From the NCBI GenBank assembly GCA_035510465.1, contig DATKHC010000004.1, positions 6,481-70,480 of the forward strand: DNA of 64,000 nucleotides, read 5' to 3'. The notes under the pieces were generated by a model. The model saw nothing but the letters and a program-made list of their open reading frames with translations, searched no databases and was not told the origin of the DNA. Both the position numbers and the translations under genes were made by a program. Shown here in pieces: positions 1 through 9,418 of this stretch (position 1 is the stretch's first letter; the number at the start of each line of letters is the position of its first letter). The DNA is from Candidatus Saccharimonadales bacterium (GTDB taxonomy: Bacteria; Patescibacteriota; Saccharimonadia; Saccharimonadales; DATKHC01).

Positions 1-1573
1 AAAATCTCACTAGTATTTCATTGATTTGCTCTAAATCTTGTAGTTGACCGATGTAAATAACTAGATTCTTAATAAGTTCGAGGAACTTTGCTTCACTCAC
101 AACTGACGCTTTTAAGTTATTCCTACGTCTTATAATGTCATCAATTTGAGGTTGATAACTTGGTATATCAACTTCGACATACTTCTTAATATCATCTTCG
201 TAATACTTTGCGACATCAGCTTTAGTGGGGTCAGAGACTACACCCTTGGCTCTTTCCAACTCACGCTTAGTCTGTTGCCAGTTGGCTCTTACACGCCGTT
301 CCTCGCTTAGTAATTCTATTTTTTCAGCTTCAACGGCTTCCTCTGCGTCAATAACATAATTCTTATAAGCCTTCTTGAGGTCGAATTCGGCTTCTGAGAG
401 CGTACTTATAGCAGCATTTGTTACAACATGAGCGCGAATCGAGTGCTTACTCTTTTTAGGATTATCGGGATTGCCAATTCTGTAAGGACATTTAGCATAA
501 TCACACCTGAAATACACATAAGTCTTCGTCTTTGTTTTACCCGTACCAGTCGTAGCTATCATGTGGTGGTCGCAGTGACCACAATAAACACGTTTGCGTA
601 ATAAATTGAGAGCTGCTGTCTTTGTAAGTACATTACCTTTAGCAACAATACGTTCCATATTATCTATTCGGTTAAGCTTTAAGAATTCATCAGCAGTTAT
701 CATTGGTTCAAATCCATATAACTTAGTAAGGTCAACGGGTTTTGCTTTACCGTATTGTAAGAATCCTGCGTAGATAGTTTCTCTAAACATATCTGATAAT
801 TTATTATCGCTAAACTTAGTTCTACTTCTGGTTTGCTCACGACCATAGGCTTGCTCATAATTCTGCGTATTGAGCCACTTAGCAATATCAACTAAGTTCT
901 CAGGGTCAGCTTTCATACGTTTCTGAAAAGCTTGTTTAATAATTAAGAAGTTATTACCATCAGGTTCAAGGAACCCCTCATCTAGTATCCTATATCCGTG
1001 GACTAATTTCCCTAGGTATTTTCCTTCTTGTATTCTCCTACCGTATCCACGCAGAACTGATTCGCTTAAATGTTCAGAGTATTGCTTTGATAGTACAAAT
1101 GAAATTCCCAACATCATCTTACCCATAGCAGTTGAATCATAAGTGGCAGTTGCGAATAACAAGTCCTTAATTACATACTTGTCCAGCATATCTATTAATT
1201 CACCCGCTTCACGCATATTCCTAGCGAGTCTATCAGGGTGCCAAGCTATAAGACCCTCGTACTTACCCGTCCTTAAGTCAATCAGCATTTTACTAAATCC
1301 AAGCCTAGTGTCTGCTTCTTTGGCGGAGTGTTCTTCTTTAACTATGTGATAATTTGTAATACCGTGTGGGTCGAGTAGCCGTTCTTTAATATCCTGTAGT
1401 TGGTCGCCAATTGATTTATCTTGTTTCTCGGAGCTTTCATCAGAACTTTTACGAAGATAAATTACATACTTTAAATTCTTCTTGTCTATTTCTCTGTAGA
1501 AATCACCATATCTATTCTCATGTATCGTGGACAATAGTCCCAACATTTGGTTTCGTGATTCTTCATCTTGCAT
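1..1573 (-). CDS. large serine recombinase (phage-integrase type), C-terminus runs off the window start
   Basis: Hand translation of the minus strand from ATG ~1573: MQDEESRNQ..YVIYLRKSSDESSEKQDKSIGDQL (resolvase-type catalytic Ser region), AWHPDRLARN, Cys-rich zinc ribbon (YCGHCDHH..FRCDYAKCPY), coiled-coil tail. Open to position 1, so it is absent from the ORF track. Confidence 0.8.
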   Translation of the reverse strand, partial: MQDEESRNQMLGLLSTIHENRYGDFYREIDKKNLKYVIYLRKSSDESSEKQDKSIGDQLQDIKERLLDPHGITNYHIVKEEHSAKEADTRLGFSKMLIDLRTGKYEGLIAWHPDRLARNMREAGELIDMLDKYVIKDLLFATATYDSTAMGKMMLGISFVLSKQYSEHLSESVLRGYGRRIQEGKYLGKLVHGYRILDEGFLEPDGNNFLIIKQAFQKRMKADPENLVDIAKWLNTQNYEQAYGREQTRSRTKFSDNKLSDMFRETIYAGFLQYGKAKPVDLTKLYGFEPMITADEFLKLNRIDNMERIVAKGNVLTKTAALNLLRKRVYCGHCDHHMIATTGTGKTKTKTYVYFRCDYAKCPYRIGNPDNPKKSKHSIRAHVVTNAAISTLSEAEFDLKKAYKNYVIDAEEAVEAEKIELLSEERRVRANWQQTKRELERAKGVVSDPTKADVAKYYEDDIKKYVEVDIPSYQPQIDDIIRRRNNLKASVVSEAKFLELIKNLVIYIGQLQDLEQINEILVRF

Positions 1574-1604
1574 ATCATAATTCTATAGTAGTGATTCGTT
1601 TTCG

Positions 1605-2183
1605 CTAACTATTAGGTGCTTCTAAACCAATAGCCTTAATCCAATCATTAAATGGTAGCTCTGATAAGCCTACTTCGGGTTCTTTTGAATGAGGCGGTTT
1701 CCAACCAGCAGGAGCAACAATAATTGAAGGTAGATTTAATGTTACCCGTTCTCCATCAATGGCTAACTTTATAGATTTACATAGCATTAGTAGCTTACTT
1801 GGACTATACAGCTCATTTGGATTGACGATACAACCTTGAACCTTAGCTTTCTCGATAACTGACTGATTGTGATTGGCGATAACGGTAACGTAGACATTAG
1901 CTAGGGCTTGTAGGTTCTTATAAGCTATGCGGTGTCGTTCATTAGCTTCTACTCGGTCATCAGCTACCTTTTCCTTGATTTTAATTTCTACAGAATCGGA
2001 CACCTGTTGGCGACTCTCAACAAAGTTCTCTCTAGCCCCGTGTTTCTTTACTTGTTTGAGTGATACACCAAACATTTCAGCTATATCCGAATAGCTAATT
2101 CTATGGTTTTCAGTGTAGAGCAGCTTGATTGCTAACCAATCCACTGATTTTTGTTTATTTGGTCTTTCTATAAGTGTATTCAT
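1605..2183 (-). CDS. helix-turn-helix DNA-binding protein immediately upstream of the serine recombinase (terminase-small-subunit-like N-terminus)
   Basis: ORF track. N-terminal ISYSDIAEMFGVSLKQVKKHGARENF looks like an HTH. Ends 31 nt before the recombinase start, same strand. Confidence 0.4.
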   Translation of the reverse strand: MNTLIERPNKQKSVDWLAIKLLYTENHRISYSDIAEMFGVSLKQVKKHGARENFVESRQQVSDSVEIKIKEKVADDRVEANERHRIAYKNLQALANVYVTVIANHNQSVIEKAKVQGCIVNPNELYSPSKLLMLCKSIKLAIDGERVTLNLPSIIVAPAGWKPPHSKEPEVGLSELPFNDWIKAIGLEAPNS

Positions 2184-2430
2184 ACCCTATTACTAGTGTA
2201 GCAATCAGTAAGGCTGTGTGAATAGCGCACATACTTGCGTTTCTAGCGAGGTTGTTTCAGGAAATGCGATAATATGTTCCCCAACAGAGTAAGGCACGTT
2301 AGAACTGAGCTATGGAGCTTAGAAGCTTGGTTATTCTTAAGCGGATTATCAATGTTAGATTAATGTTTAATAAAATGTGTTTATATTATAAAGTAATAAC
2401 AGCGAATAATGCGGTGGGTGAAAGGTTGAA

Positions 2431-3594
2431 GTGTCAGAAAGAGAAACCATTTTACCGGGATTGATAGATATGCACGTTCATCTGCGAGACCCCGGTTACA
2501 CTGAAGCCGAAGATTTTAATACAGGTACTGCTGCTGCATTAGCGGGTGGCGTTGTAGCGGTATTTGATATGCCGAACAATAAGAACAACCCGACTTTTAC
2601 GCTAGATAGATTAGAAGATAAGTTTAGTGTTGCTAGAGAAAAAGCTCGTACTGATATTGGCTTTTACTTTGGCGCACCACCTAACGAAGAACTTGAAATA
2701 GGTGGTAGCGAATATCAACAACTTGTAGAATTGTTTAGCGAGGCTGGCAATAGAACTTTTGGGCTAAAGCTATACTGCGATATTACTACTGGCAGCGAAC
2801 ATAAACACGGTGCAGAATCATTCCGACCCGTTGTTACGGCTTGGCTGGAAGCTAATCCTAGTGGCTTAATACTAGCTCATACCGAAGGTAGAGAAGCTAC
2901 AGCCGAAATGGTTGATTTAGTCGCGAGACAAATGGGCGGTAGGATTCATATTCCTCATATCTCAAAGCAAGAAGAACTAGAAGAAGTCATAAAAACTAAA
3001 CAAGACCCGACTGTAACAGGTACTGTTAGCACCGGCGTTTGTCCTCACCACTTATTCTTAACGAATGAAGATGTACCTAGCTTAGGTTGGTATGCTCGTA
3101 TGAAACCTAGCCTAGGTACTACAGCCGACCGTAGCTTTTTACGAGCAAATATAGATTTAATTGATGTTGTTGAGACTGACCATGCACCTCATACTCTAGC
3201 CGACAAAGAAAATGCACAAACCAACAACCCAAATGGTGAAGTAGGTACAGGTAAGCCTACTTGCTTTGGCGTTCCGGGCTTAGAGACCATGCTCCCACTA
3301 TTACTTCGCGGTGAGCAAGAGGGCTGGATTACTCGTGAACAAGTAGTAGAGAAGACATCTGTTAGACCAGCCGAAATACTAGATATTGATTTACCTAAAA
3401 CAGAAGTTCATGTTGATACTACACCACAAACTTTTACAGCCAATGATATTCATTCAAGGTGTGAGTGGTCGCCATATGTAGGTATGGAAGTCGGTGGTAA
3501 AATTGGACGAGTCGTTATTAATGGTCAAACTAAGGTATTAAATGGCGAAGTATTAGCACAACCTAGTGATGGGCTTGTGTTGCTTCCTAAGTAA
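2431..3594 (+). CDS. pyrC: dihydroorotase-type amidohydrolase
   Basis: DMHVHLRDPG metal-binding HxH motif and ETDHAPH motif; GTG start. Confidence 0.85.
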   Translation: MSERETILPGLIDMHVHLRDPGYTEAEDFNTGTAAALAGGVVAVFDMPNNKNNPTFTLDRLEDKFSVAREKARTDIGFYFGAPPNEELEIGGSEYQQLVELFSEAGNRTFGLKLYCDITTGSEHKHGAESFRPVVTAWLEANPSGLILAHTEGREATAEMVDLVARQMGGRIHIPHISKQEELEEVIKTKQDPTVTGTVSTGVCPHHLFLTNEDVPSLGWYARMKPSLGTTADRSFLRANIDLIDVVETDHAPHTLADKENAQTNNPNGEVGTGKPTCFGVPGLETMLPLLLRGEQEGWITREQVVEKTSVRPAEILDIDLPKTEVHVDTTPQTFTANDIHSRCEWSPYVGMEVGGKIGRVVINGQTKVLNGEVLAQPSDGLVLLPK

Positions 3595-3606
3595 AGGAGA
3601 TATTAT

Positions 3607-4566
3607 ATGGCAACTTATGAATTAGCAGGAGTAGAACTAGAATCACCGCTTGTAAATGCAGCAGGTTCTATTAACGGTACTAATATTGATACTTTATTGC
3701 GTGAAGTAGAAATGTTGGCGGATACAGGTATCGGTGCAATAACGGGTGGTTCATTTACTCCTCCTGCTCAAGAAGGAAACGCTGTTAAGTTTGGCGAACC
3801 CGTCTATTACCATGACCCTGTCACTGGTAAGACATATAATTCAATGGGCTTACCTAATATCGGCAAAGACGCTGCGGTTGAGTTAGCACCGCAAGTTATA
3901 TCTAGAGCTAACGGGAAGCCTGTTATTTACAGTGGTTCACCTACTAATGCACCAGAACACGGTACTTCAGTAGAACAAGCTACTCGCCTAGCTTATGACT
4001 TTCTAGAAACTGGCGTTGACCTAGTAGAAATAAATGTTAGTTGTCCTAATGTTGTTACTGAAGGCGGTGGTCGGAAGCCTATCATGGGCTATGACCTAGA
4101 GACTATGCAGGAACTTGTTGATTCACTATCAGACCAAGTCGGCGAAGGACAAAGACTTGGTGTTAAGCTGCCACCTTACTTATCTGACGAAGAACGTCTA
4201 GTTGCAACTGACCTAGCTAAAATACTCCGAGCTAGTAATGTATTTAGGTTCATAGTTACCGCTAACACCATACCTAACCAAGAACCAGTAAACGAACAAG
4301 GTGAACATATACTAACTGTTCCGGGCGGTAAGGGGGGTATGAGTGGTCCTGCGACAAAAGAAACTGGACGAGAGCAACTAGCCATGTGGCGGGAGCAAAT
4401 GGGTGATGGTGTTGATATTGTTAGCACACTTGGAGTTGACTCTGGTGGAGAACTTAAATCCCGACTACAGCTAGGTGCTGTAGCTGCTGGCGGTGTAACT
4501 TTCCTGTGGGAAAGCAGTAATTGGAAAGAAGCTGTTACAAAAGTATTGTTTGACTTTGCCGAGTAA
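3607..4566 (+). CDS. pyrD: dihydroorotate dehydrogenase (class 1 type)
   Basis: LVNAAG and INVSCPN motifs; 12 nt after pyrC with an AGGAG RBS. Confidence 0.85.
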   Translation: MATYELAGVELESPLVNAAGSINGTNIDTLLREVEMLADTGIGAITGGSFTPPAQEGNAVKFGEPVYYHDPVTGKTYNSMGLPNIGKDAAVELAPQVISRANGKPVIYSGSPTNAPEHGTSVEQATRLAYDFLETGVDLVEINVSCPNVVTEGGGRKPIMGYDLETMQELVDSLSDQVGEGQRLGVKLPPYLSDEERLVATDLAKILRASNVFRFIVTANTIPNQEPVNEQGEHILTVPGGKGGMSGPATKETGREQLAMWREQMGDGVDIVSTLGVDSGGELKSRLQLGAVAAGGVTFLWESSNWKEAVTKVLFDFAE

Positions 4567-4610
4567 GCTCCTAGACATTAACTAGCCGAAATGCTGTAGT
4601 GTCATAAATG

Positions 4611-4928
4611 TTACGCCGACGGTATTTCCTTGACACTACAGAGAGTATCTAACTGTTTCTGCCAATACTCATATTTATTCATAAAATATCTATAAGTTGA
4701 CTCAGAATTACTACGATTTCGAGAATTCGTCTCTTTTCTTTGCTGAATTCTTATAAGAGCTTGTTCAGACCAAGTTACCTGAGCATTAGCGGTATCTATT
4801 GCTTCTTGTAGTGTAGAATCATCTCTTAAATTAGCTATAACTCTTTGTTTTACCTTACCATCTTCTCTATATGACTGAATTATCTGGTAACTTGGTCTTC
4901 TTGATGATTGTCTTTTTCTAATGAACAT
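4611..4928 (-). CDS. hypothetical basic protein
   Basis: ORF track. N-terminus (SYQIIQSYREDGKVKQRVIANL) resembles the N-terminal segment of some IS4/IS1634-type transposases, but the ORF is only 105 aa. Confidence 0.35.
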   Translation of the reverse strand: MFIRKRQSSRRPSYQIIQSYREDGKVKQRVIANLRDDSTLQEAIDTANAQVTWSEQALIRIQQRKETNSRNRSNSESTYRYFMNKYEYWQKQLDTLCSVKEIPSA

Positions 4929-4945
4929 TCTCTATCACTTTTAAT

Positions 4946-5320
4946 CTAAGTAGCTACTCCGGCTAGGTGAACTAGCTTACCCGATACTGTAAATACTGCA
5001 CTTGGGTAATTTGGTTCTGTTTCAGTATAGGAATCACTTGTTTCATCATCTCTTATATTAACTTCCGCAGTAAAGCGCCGTATCTTACCGTCGTTATCAA
5101 CGAAACTACCAGTTGCAGAACCCCACCCTTGGCCTTCTTCCACCGCTTCAAGTGTACAAGCTTCTGTTAATGTTCCGTCAGGGTGATGTGTATAGCCTTT
5201 TTCGCCTACACCCTTGGCACTAATGCCATAAGTCTGAGTCTCTAACCACTTATTCAGCAACTCTTGCTTCTCGGCTTCTGACCTAGTTAATATCTTAATA
5301 GTATCGTACATACTTCCCAT
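4946..5320 (-). CDS. hypothetical protein
   Basis: ORF track; no motif recognised. Confidence 0.4.
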   Translation of the reverse strand: MGSMYDTIKILTRSEAEKQELLNKWLETQTYGISAKGVGEKGYTHHPDGTLTEACTLEAVEEGQGWGSATGSFVDNDGKIRRFTAEVNIRDDETSDSYTETEPNYPSAVFTVSGKLVHLAGVAT

Positions 5321-5640
5321 AAACTCTTGTCCCTCACTATACTTAAAGTTTGATTGATTTTTGGATATTTGCTTTAGTATGCTTTATGTTACACCTATAG
5401 CATTACCATTTCAACTACATTATTTAACTGTAGTTTGAGAACGCTGTGGCATAGTAGTTAAGAGTACGATATAACGCTGTCATATCTACAGAACAAGCAA
5501 GCTTTTCGGCTTCTTGGGAGTAAAATCAAAGTCTTTAAACATATTAAGCACACTAGCAGTACTAGAATATCTGTCCAGTATCTCATTTATTAAGTCTTCT
5601 CGTGGAGTTTGAGCTGACTCTGCGTTGTGCAGCCAGTAAG

Positions 5641-5685
5641 TTATTGTATCTCTTAATTTGGTAGGTATGGCTATAGGGTTCGAAC
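5641..5685 (+). repeat. type-c linker module, copy 1 (TTATTGT.TCTCT..GGTATGGCTATAGGGTTCGAAC)
   Basis: Aligns by eye with 12721-12765 and 13721-13767. Contains an inverted T-loop-like GGRTTCGAAC. Preceded by ..CAGCCAGTAAGTTATTGT, similar to the CAGCCATAAAGTTATTGT that spans the 12715/12716 junction. Confidence 0.6.
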
Positions 5686-5709
5686 GCTTTAGTCGTGTTT
5701 CGGTAGTGC

Positions 5710-6276
5710 TTGCAATTTTCAGTGCCTGAACTCATATTTAACGTAATGTTACTTAGAACCGAGACGGGGTTAAAAGAGTTAACCGATTTTCCTGATGAAC
5801 CAATCCTGACAGTTTTAGATCATGAAGACTTTGAAGTGTTATTGGGAGCTCTAGATTCTCCCGTCAACGCCTGGCAAGCAACAGCGTATGAGTGTGAAGA
5901 TTCCCGCATAGACTACGAGCACAGGTTAGCAACCTCATATTATGGAGTTTTATATCACAAGCCGAGCAAGCCAGACGAAGATGAGCTGGGGGAGGTGAGA
6001 GAACGGCCACATATGGGGATATTGATTCAAGACTTGCCATTTGTGATGAGCGGGTGCGCCCGCGCTATTGGTTTAAAGGCAAACAGAGGTAATAAAAGAA
6101 TCATTGAAACCGCAATGACAATGTTGCCCGTCGTAAGAGAAGCAATTGACGACCTACATTACTTAGAAGTGGAAAATTCTGACTTGAAATACAAGCCCTA
6201 TACGGCAGAGGAGATAGGTGGATGGCGAGACATAGACACAGAGTTAGCGAAACTTAAAACAAGAGCTAGTGTTTAA
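5710..6276 (+). CDS. hypothetical protein (first visible cassette; start possibly at ATG 5746)
   Basis: ORF track with a TTG start; followed 9 nt later by a repeat copy. Confidence 0.45.
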   Translation: MQFSVPELIFNVMLLRTETGLKELTDFPDEPILTVLDHEDFEVLLGALDSPVNAWQATAYECEDSRIDYEHRLATSYYGVLYHKPSKPDEDELGEVRERPHMGILIQDLPFVMSGCARAIGLKANRGNKRIIETAMTMLPVVREAIDDLHYLEVENSDLKYKPYTAEEIGGWRDIDTELAKLKTRASV

Positions 6277-6285
6277 CTTTTTACG

Positions 6286-6314
6286 GTACGGAACTCAACC
6301 TCGAGTCCCAGCCA
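6286..6314 (+). repeat. 29-nt cassette repeat
   Basis: GTACGGAACTCAACCTCGAGTCCCAGCCA, followed by AGCATAAGCGGTTTGA. Confidence 0.9.
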
Positions 6315-6333
6315 AGCATAAGCGGTTTGATAT

Positions 6334-7551
6334 TTAAAATTTCAGAGTCGCAAAGTAATCGTCTGGGGTTTCAGTTCGTCTTATTAACTCAACTGTATTG
6401 TCTGGTCGCAACAGCAATTCAGCTGATCTCAACATCCCGTTATAGTTAAAACCCATAGTGTGTCCATGTGCACCAGCGTCGTGAATTATTACGACGTCTC
6501 CAACCTCTATTTCCGGTAGTTTACGATCTATGGCAAACTTATCGTTGTTTTCGCATAATGAGCCTGTTAAATCGTAAGAATTAGTACCAGAGCCGCCTTT
6601 ACCCAAGATCGTTATCTGATGATAGGCTCCGTACATACCTGGTCTCATCAAATTGTGCATCGAGGCATCTAACCCTATAAAAGTCTTATAGGTATGTTTT
6701 ATATGACGGACTTTGGTCACCAAATAGCCATGCGGCCCAGTTATATACCTACCGCATTCCATAAATACGGCCGGTTCGTAGGGTAAATAAGTTCTAAGTA
6801 GTTCTTCAACTTCTTGAGAAAAACCATCAATATCAAACTCTTTTTCTTCTAGTTTATAGGGAATGCCTATGCCACCACCAAGATTAATAAATTCAAGTTC
6901 AATATTGTTGGTTTCATAGATTTCTTTAGCAAGATCAAATAAGGCTTTAACTATTTCTAGAGCTACACTCTTATCTAGATTATTACTAATAACCATAGCA
7001 TGTAGTCCAAATCGTTTAACGCCTTTTTGCTGGGCTTGCTTAATGCCATCAATAATTTGTTGTTTTGTCATACCAAACTTGGCTTCTTCGGGTTGGCCAA
7101 TAATTTCATTGCCGTGAACTTGATCGCCAGGATTATAGCGAAAACATAACAAATCCGGTAACCCAGCTTCTTTTTCTAGGAAATCAATGTGAGAGATATC
7201 ATCCAGGTTAATAATGGCATCTAGCTCATGTGCCTTCTTAAAATCTGCAGCTGGAGTATCATTTGAGCTAAACATAACGTCACTGCCTTTAGCTCCAATT
7301 CTTTCTGCGAGTAGAAGCTCAGTATAAGAGCTACAGTCTAGACCCATACCCTCAGAAAGTAGTATTTCTAGGATTTTTGGGTTTGGGAGCGCTTTGACGG
7401 CAAAATAGTTTCGGAAGCCCTTATTCCATTTAAAAGCCTCTTTAATCTTTTGAGCGGCACTTCTGATACTACTTTCATCATAGACATAGAAGGGCGTAGG
7501 ATATTCTTCGGTGGCTTTTTTAATGATATTTTCATCAATTACCCTTCTCAT
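6334..7551 (-). CDS. fold-type III PLP-dependent decarboxylase (diaminopimelate/ornithine decarboxylase family)
   Basis: FAVKALPN (PLP-Lys region), LGGGIGIPY glycine loop, CENNDKF motif. Inverted relative to the flanking repeats. Confidence 0.75.
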   Translation of the reverse strand: MRRVIDENIIKKATEEYPTPFYVYDESSIRSAAQKIKEAFKWNKGFRNYFAVKALPNPKILEILLSEGMGLDCSSYTELLLAERIGAKGSDVMFSSNDTPAADFKKAHELDAIINLDDISHIDFLEKEAGLPDLLCFRYNPGDQVHGNEIIGQPEEAKFGMTKQQIIDGIKQAQQKGVKRFGLHAMVISNNLDKSVALEIVKALFDLAKEIYETNNIELEFINLGGGIGIPYKLEEKEFDIDGFSQEVEELLRTYLPYEPAVFMECGRYITGPHGYLVTKVRHIKHTYKTFIGLDASMHNLMRPGMYGAYHQITILGKGGSGTNSYDLTGSLCENNDKFAIDRKLPEIEVGDVVIIHDAGAHGHTMGFNYNGMLRSAELLLRPDNTVELIRRTETPDDYFATLKF

Positions 7552-7580
7552 TTGTCTATTCTACCAGTTTGAGCTAAATC

Positions 7581-7609
7581 GTATGGAATTCAACCTCGAG
7601 TCCCAGCCA
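7581..7609 (+). repeat. 29-nt cassette repeat
   Basis: GTATGGAATTCAACCTCGAGTCCCAGCCA, followed by AACGTAAGAAGTTT. Confidence 0.85.
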
Positions 7610-7625
7610 AACGTAAGAAGTTTAC

Positions 7626-7649
7626 GCGACTATACCCTTAAAGCAAGTA
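7626..7649 (-). repeat. module B repeat (reverse orientation)
   Basis: GCGACTATACCCTTAAAGCAAGTA is the reverse complement of TACTTGCTTTAAGGGTATAGTCGC. Followed by TCTAGTTCGAGTCTAG at 7658-7673. Confidence 0.6.
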
Positions 7650-7685
7650 GATCATTTTTCTAGTTCGAGTCTAGTGAACTCTTAT

Positions 7686-7714
7686 TTGACATAATCACAA
7701 CCTTTAAATAAACT
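7686..7714 (+). promoter_or_regulatory. sigma70-like promoter TTGACA-17-TAAACT
   Basis: TTGACA at 7686, 17-nt spacer, TAAACT at 7709. The same architecture is conserved upstream of the paralogue at 13783. Confidence 0.55.
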
Positions 7715-7759
7715 GGAGGTATTCTTTAAACAATCAAAAACAAAAAGGATTATAAAAAT

Positions 7760-9028
7760 ATGAAACTTCTCAAACTAAATCAAGAAGGTATAGCTCACTG
7801 GTTGGTACCTGCTTTAGTCATGGCTATAGTGGGGGTAGTAGGCGTAAGAGTACTGACAGCTACCCATGCTGCTGCGCCGTCTAGTGTGACAACTTCTAAT
7901 GCGTCTAAGCCTACCCCGCTTATTTATACCTCTTCTACCAGTTCAGGAACCACTTACTCAGTATATGCGTACGACTCAAGTGCAAAATCGAACCTCATCG
8001 AAGGACCATCGGCCAATACTGCTTATCAGTATCCGTCATATTCACCGAACGGTAAGCAAGCCGTATGGGTTCAGACTAATACCAGCGGTAGCAATACTGG
8101 CTATATGCAATTCTATAACGCCAATAATCAAACATTAACAGGCAACTACGTTCTTCCTGGTGGAGAAACAATAAGCGGGGGTGGACTATACGAAGTTAAG
8201 CCAGCATGGTTCCCTGGCAGTAGTAAGATAGCATTTGCACTAGAGAGTTCATCTGGAATATATTCAATCCAGACACTAACAACTTCTGGAAATTGGCATG
8301 ATGTCGCTAATCTATCAAGTTCATACGGAAACATAGATAGTGTAGCTGTAACGAACGACGGCAATTATGTGGTGTTTGGAACTAGCACAGGTGTCTATGC
8401 GGTTAAAGTATCAGATCCTAGTAAAATAACTACACTATGGAACGAGAGCGACGCCTTGCTGAAAGGACCAGTTGACCCTTCAGATACAAATTGTTACGCA
8501 ACGGAAGCACAACCAGGCACAACTGATGGAGTTGGTTGGATATGTAACTACTCTGGAAGTAACGTTAATGATTCGGGGTGGGAGGTAGATTCCGGTCTTA
8601 TTAAAGCTAGCTCTTACACCACAATATACTCAGATCAGTATTCAGGCACAGGGACAGCAACCTTTTATAATATTCAAGACCTAGCATGGTCGCCTAACGG
8701 AAATGAACTAGCGCTAGATACGATTAAGGAACACGTTGTTGGAAATAGTGAGTCTTGCGGCAAAGACACAGTACAAACCTCTATTCTCGGGTTAACAGAT
8801 TCGAAAGGAGCTAGCCCTACTAAAATAGCCAGTGGTCAAGTTAACCCTTCTCCTTGTAAAGGAGGAGGTAATGAAACATACGATAACAACGACCTCGCCT
8901 GGAGCCCTGATGGGAGTAGTCTAGCTTACATAGACAATGATTACATTTATGCAATACCTCCAAGTAATAGTAGCGGCTCATCAGCACCTGTACTTGTCTC
9001 TAGCAACTCTGCCGAACTAGATTGGTAA
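7760..9028 (+). CDS. membrane-anchored/secreted TolB-like beta-propeller protein
   Basis: N-terminal anchor MKLLKLNQEGIAHWLVPALVMAIVGVVGVRVLTATHAA. PD40-like repeats (YSPNGKQ, AWSPNGNELA, AWSPDGSSLAY). Confidence 0.65.
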   Translation: MKLLKLNQEGIAHWLVPALVMAIVGVVGVRVLTATHAAAPSSVTTSNASKPTPLIYTSSTSSGTTYSVYAYDSSAKSNLIEGPSANTAYQYPSYSPNGKQAVWVQTNTSGSNTGYMQFYNANNQTLTGNYVLPGGETISGGGLYEVKPAWFPGSSKIAFALESSSGIYSIQTLTTSGNWHDVANLSSSYGNIDSVAVTNDGNYVVFGTSTGVYAVKVSDPSKITTLWNESDALLKGPVDPSDTNCYATEAQPGTTDGVGWICNYSGSNVNDSGWEVDSGLIKASSYTTIYSDQYSGTGTATFYNIQDLAWSPNGNELALDTIKEHVVGNSESCGKDTVQTSILGLTDSKGASPTKIASGQVNPSPCKGGGNETYDNNDLAWSPDGSSLAYIDNDYIYAIPPSNSSGSSAPVLVSSNSAELDW

Positions 9029-9069
9029 GCTCGGGATGCCTGTAACTTTGGGGATTAAGAGGTTTATAG

Positions 9070-9160
9070 GTACGGAACGCGGACTTGATAATCAAACAAT
9101 GTCTATCTAGAAAATAATTGAATACTATCCTACTTGCACTCGAGGGATAAGCCCCACTTC
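9070..9160 (+). repeat. split/degenerate cassette repeat
   Basis: GTACGGAAC at 9070 then unrelated sequence; degenerate tail CACTTCAAATTCTAGCCA ends ~9160. Confidence 0.4.
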
Positions 9161-9178
9161 AAATTCTAGCCAAAATAG

Positions 9179-9204
9179 TTACTTGCTGTCATGGGATAGT
9201 CGCC
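9179..9204 (+). repeat. module B repeat
   Basis: TTACTTGCTGTCATGGGATAGTCGCC; compare 56406-56431. Confidence 0.6.
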
Positions 9205-9215
9205 GAAGTTTATAG

Positions 9216-9244
9216 TTGACGATACATAGCTTCTGTATTATAAT
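9216..9244 (+). promoter_or_regulatory. sigma70-like promoter TTGACG-17-TATAAT
   Basis: TTGACG at 9216, 17-nt spacer, TATAAT at 9239; upstream of proB. Confidence 0.5.
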
Positions 9245-9418
9245 AATCTTTATGTTAAAAACTTACCAAATCGCTATTTCAGTCCTTTCTCCTCCAGCAC
9301 CTACACAGCAGCTGGGGTAAGTTATATATTTCATTAAGTAATCACTAGTCAGTCTAACGCCCCAGCCAAGGGGCGTTTTAAATGCCTTTACCCAGATCTG
9401 ACTTTTTTGGATACTTAA

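Noticed and set aside
1-1608. Alternative genetic code or non-coding region, because the track shows no long ORF here
   Set aside because: The minus strand is one continuous standard-code reading frame (the serine recombinase). It simply lacks a stop inside the window. The track ORFs 700..891, 1143..1349 and 1411..1608 are out-of-frame or antisense artefacts.
1605-2183. Terminase small subunit annotation
   Set aside because: Only the N-terminal HTH resembles TerS. The downstream gene is a recombinase, not a large terminase, so I left it as an HTH protein.
6286-6314. The 29-mer as a rho-independent terminator
   Set aside because: It has only a 4-5-bp GGAAY/RTTCC stem and no U tract. Its orientation is independent of gene strand in both arrays.
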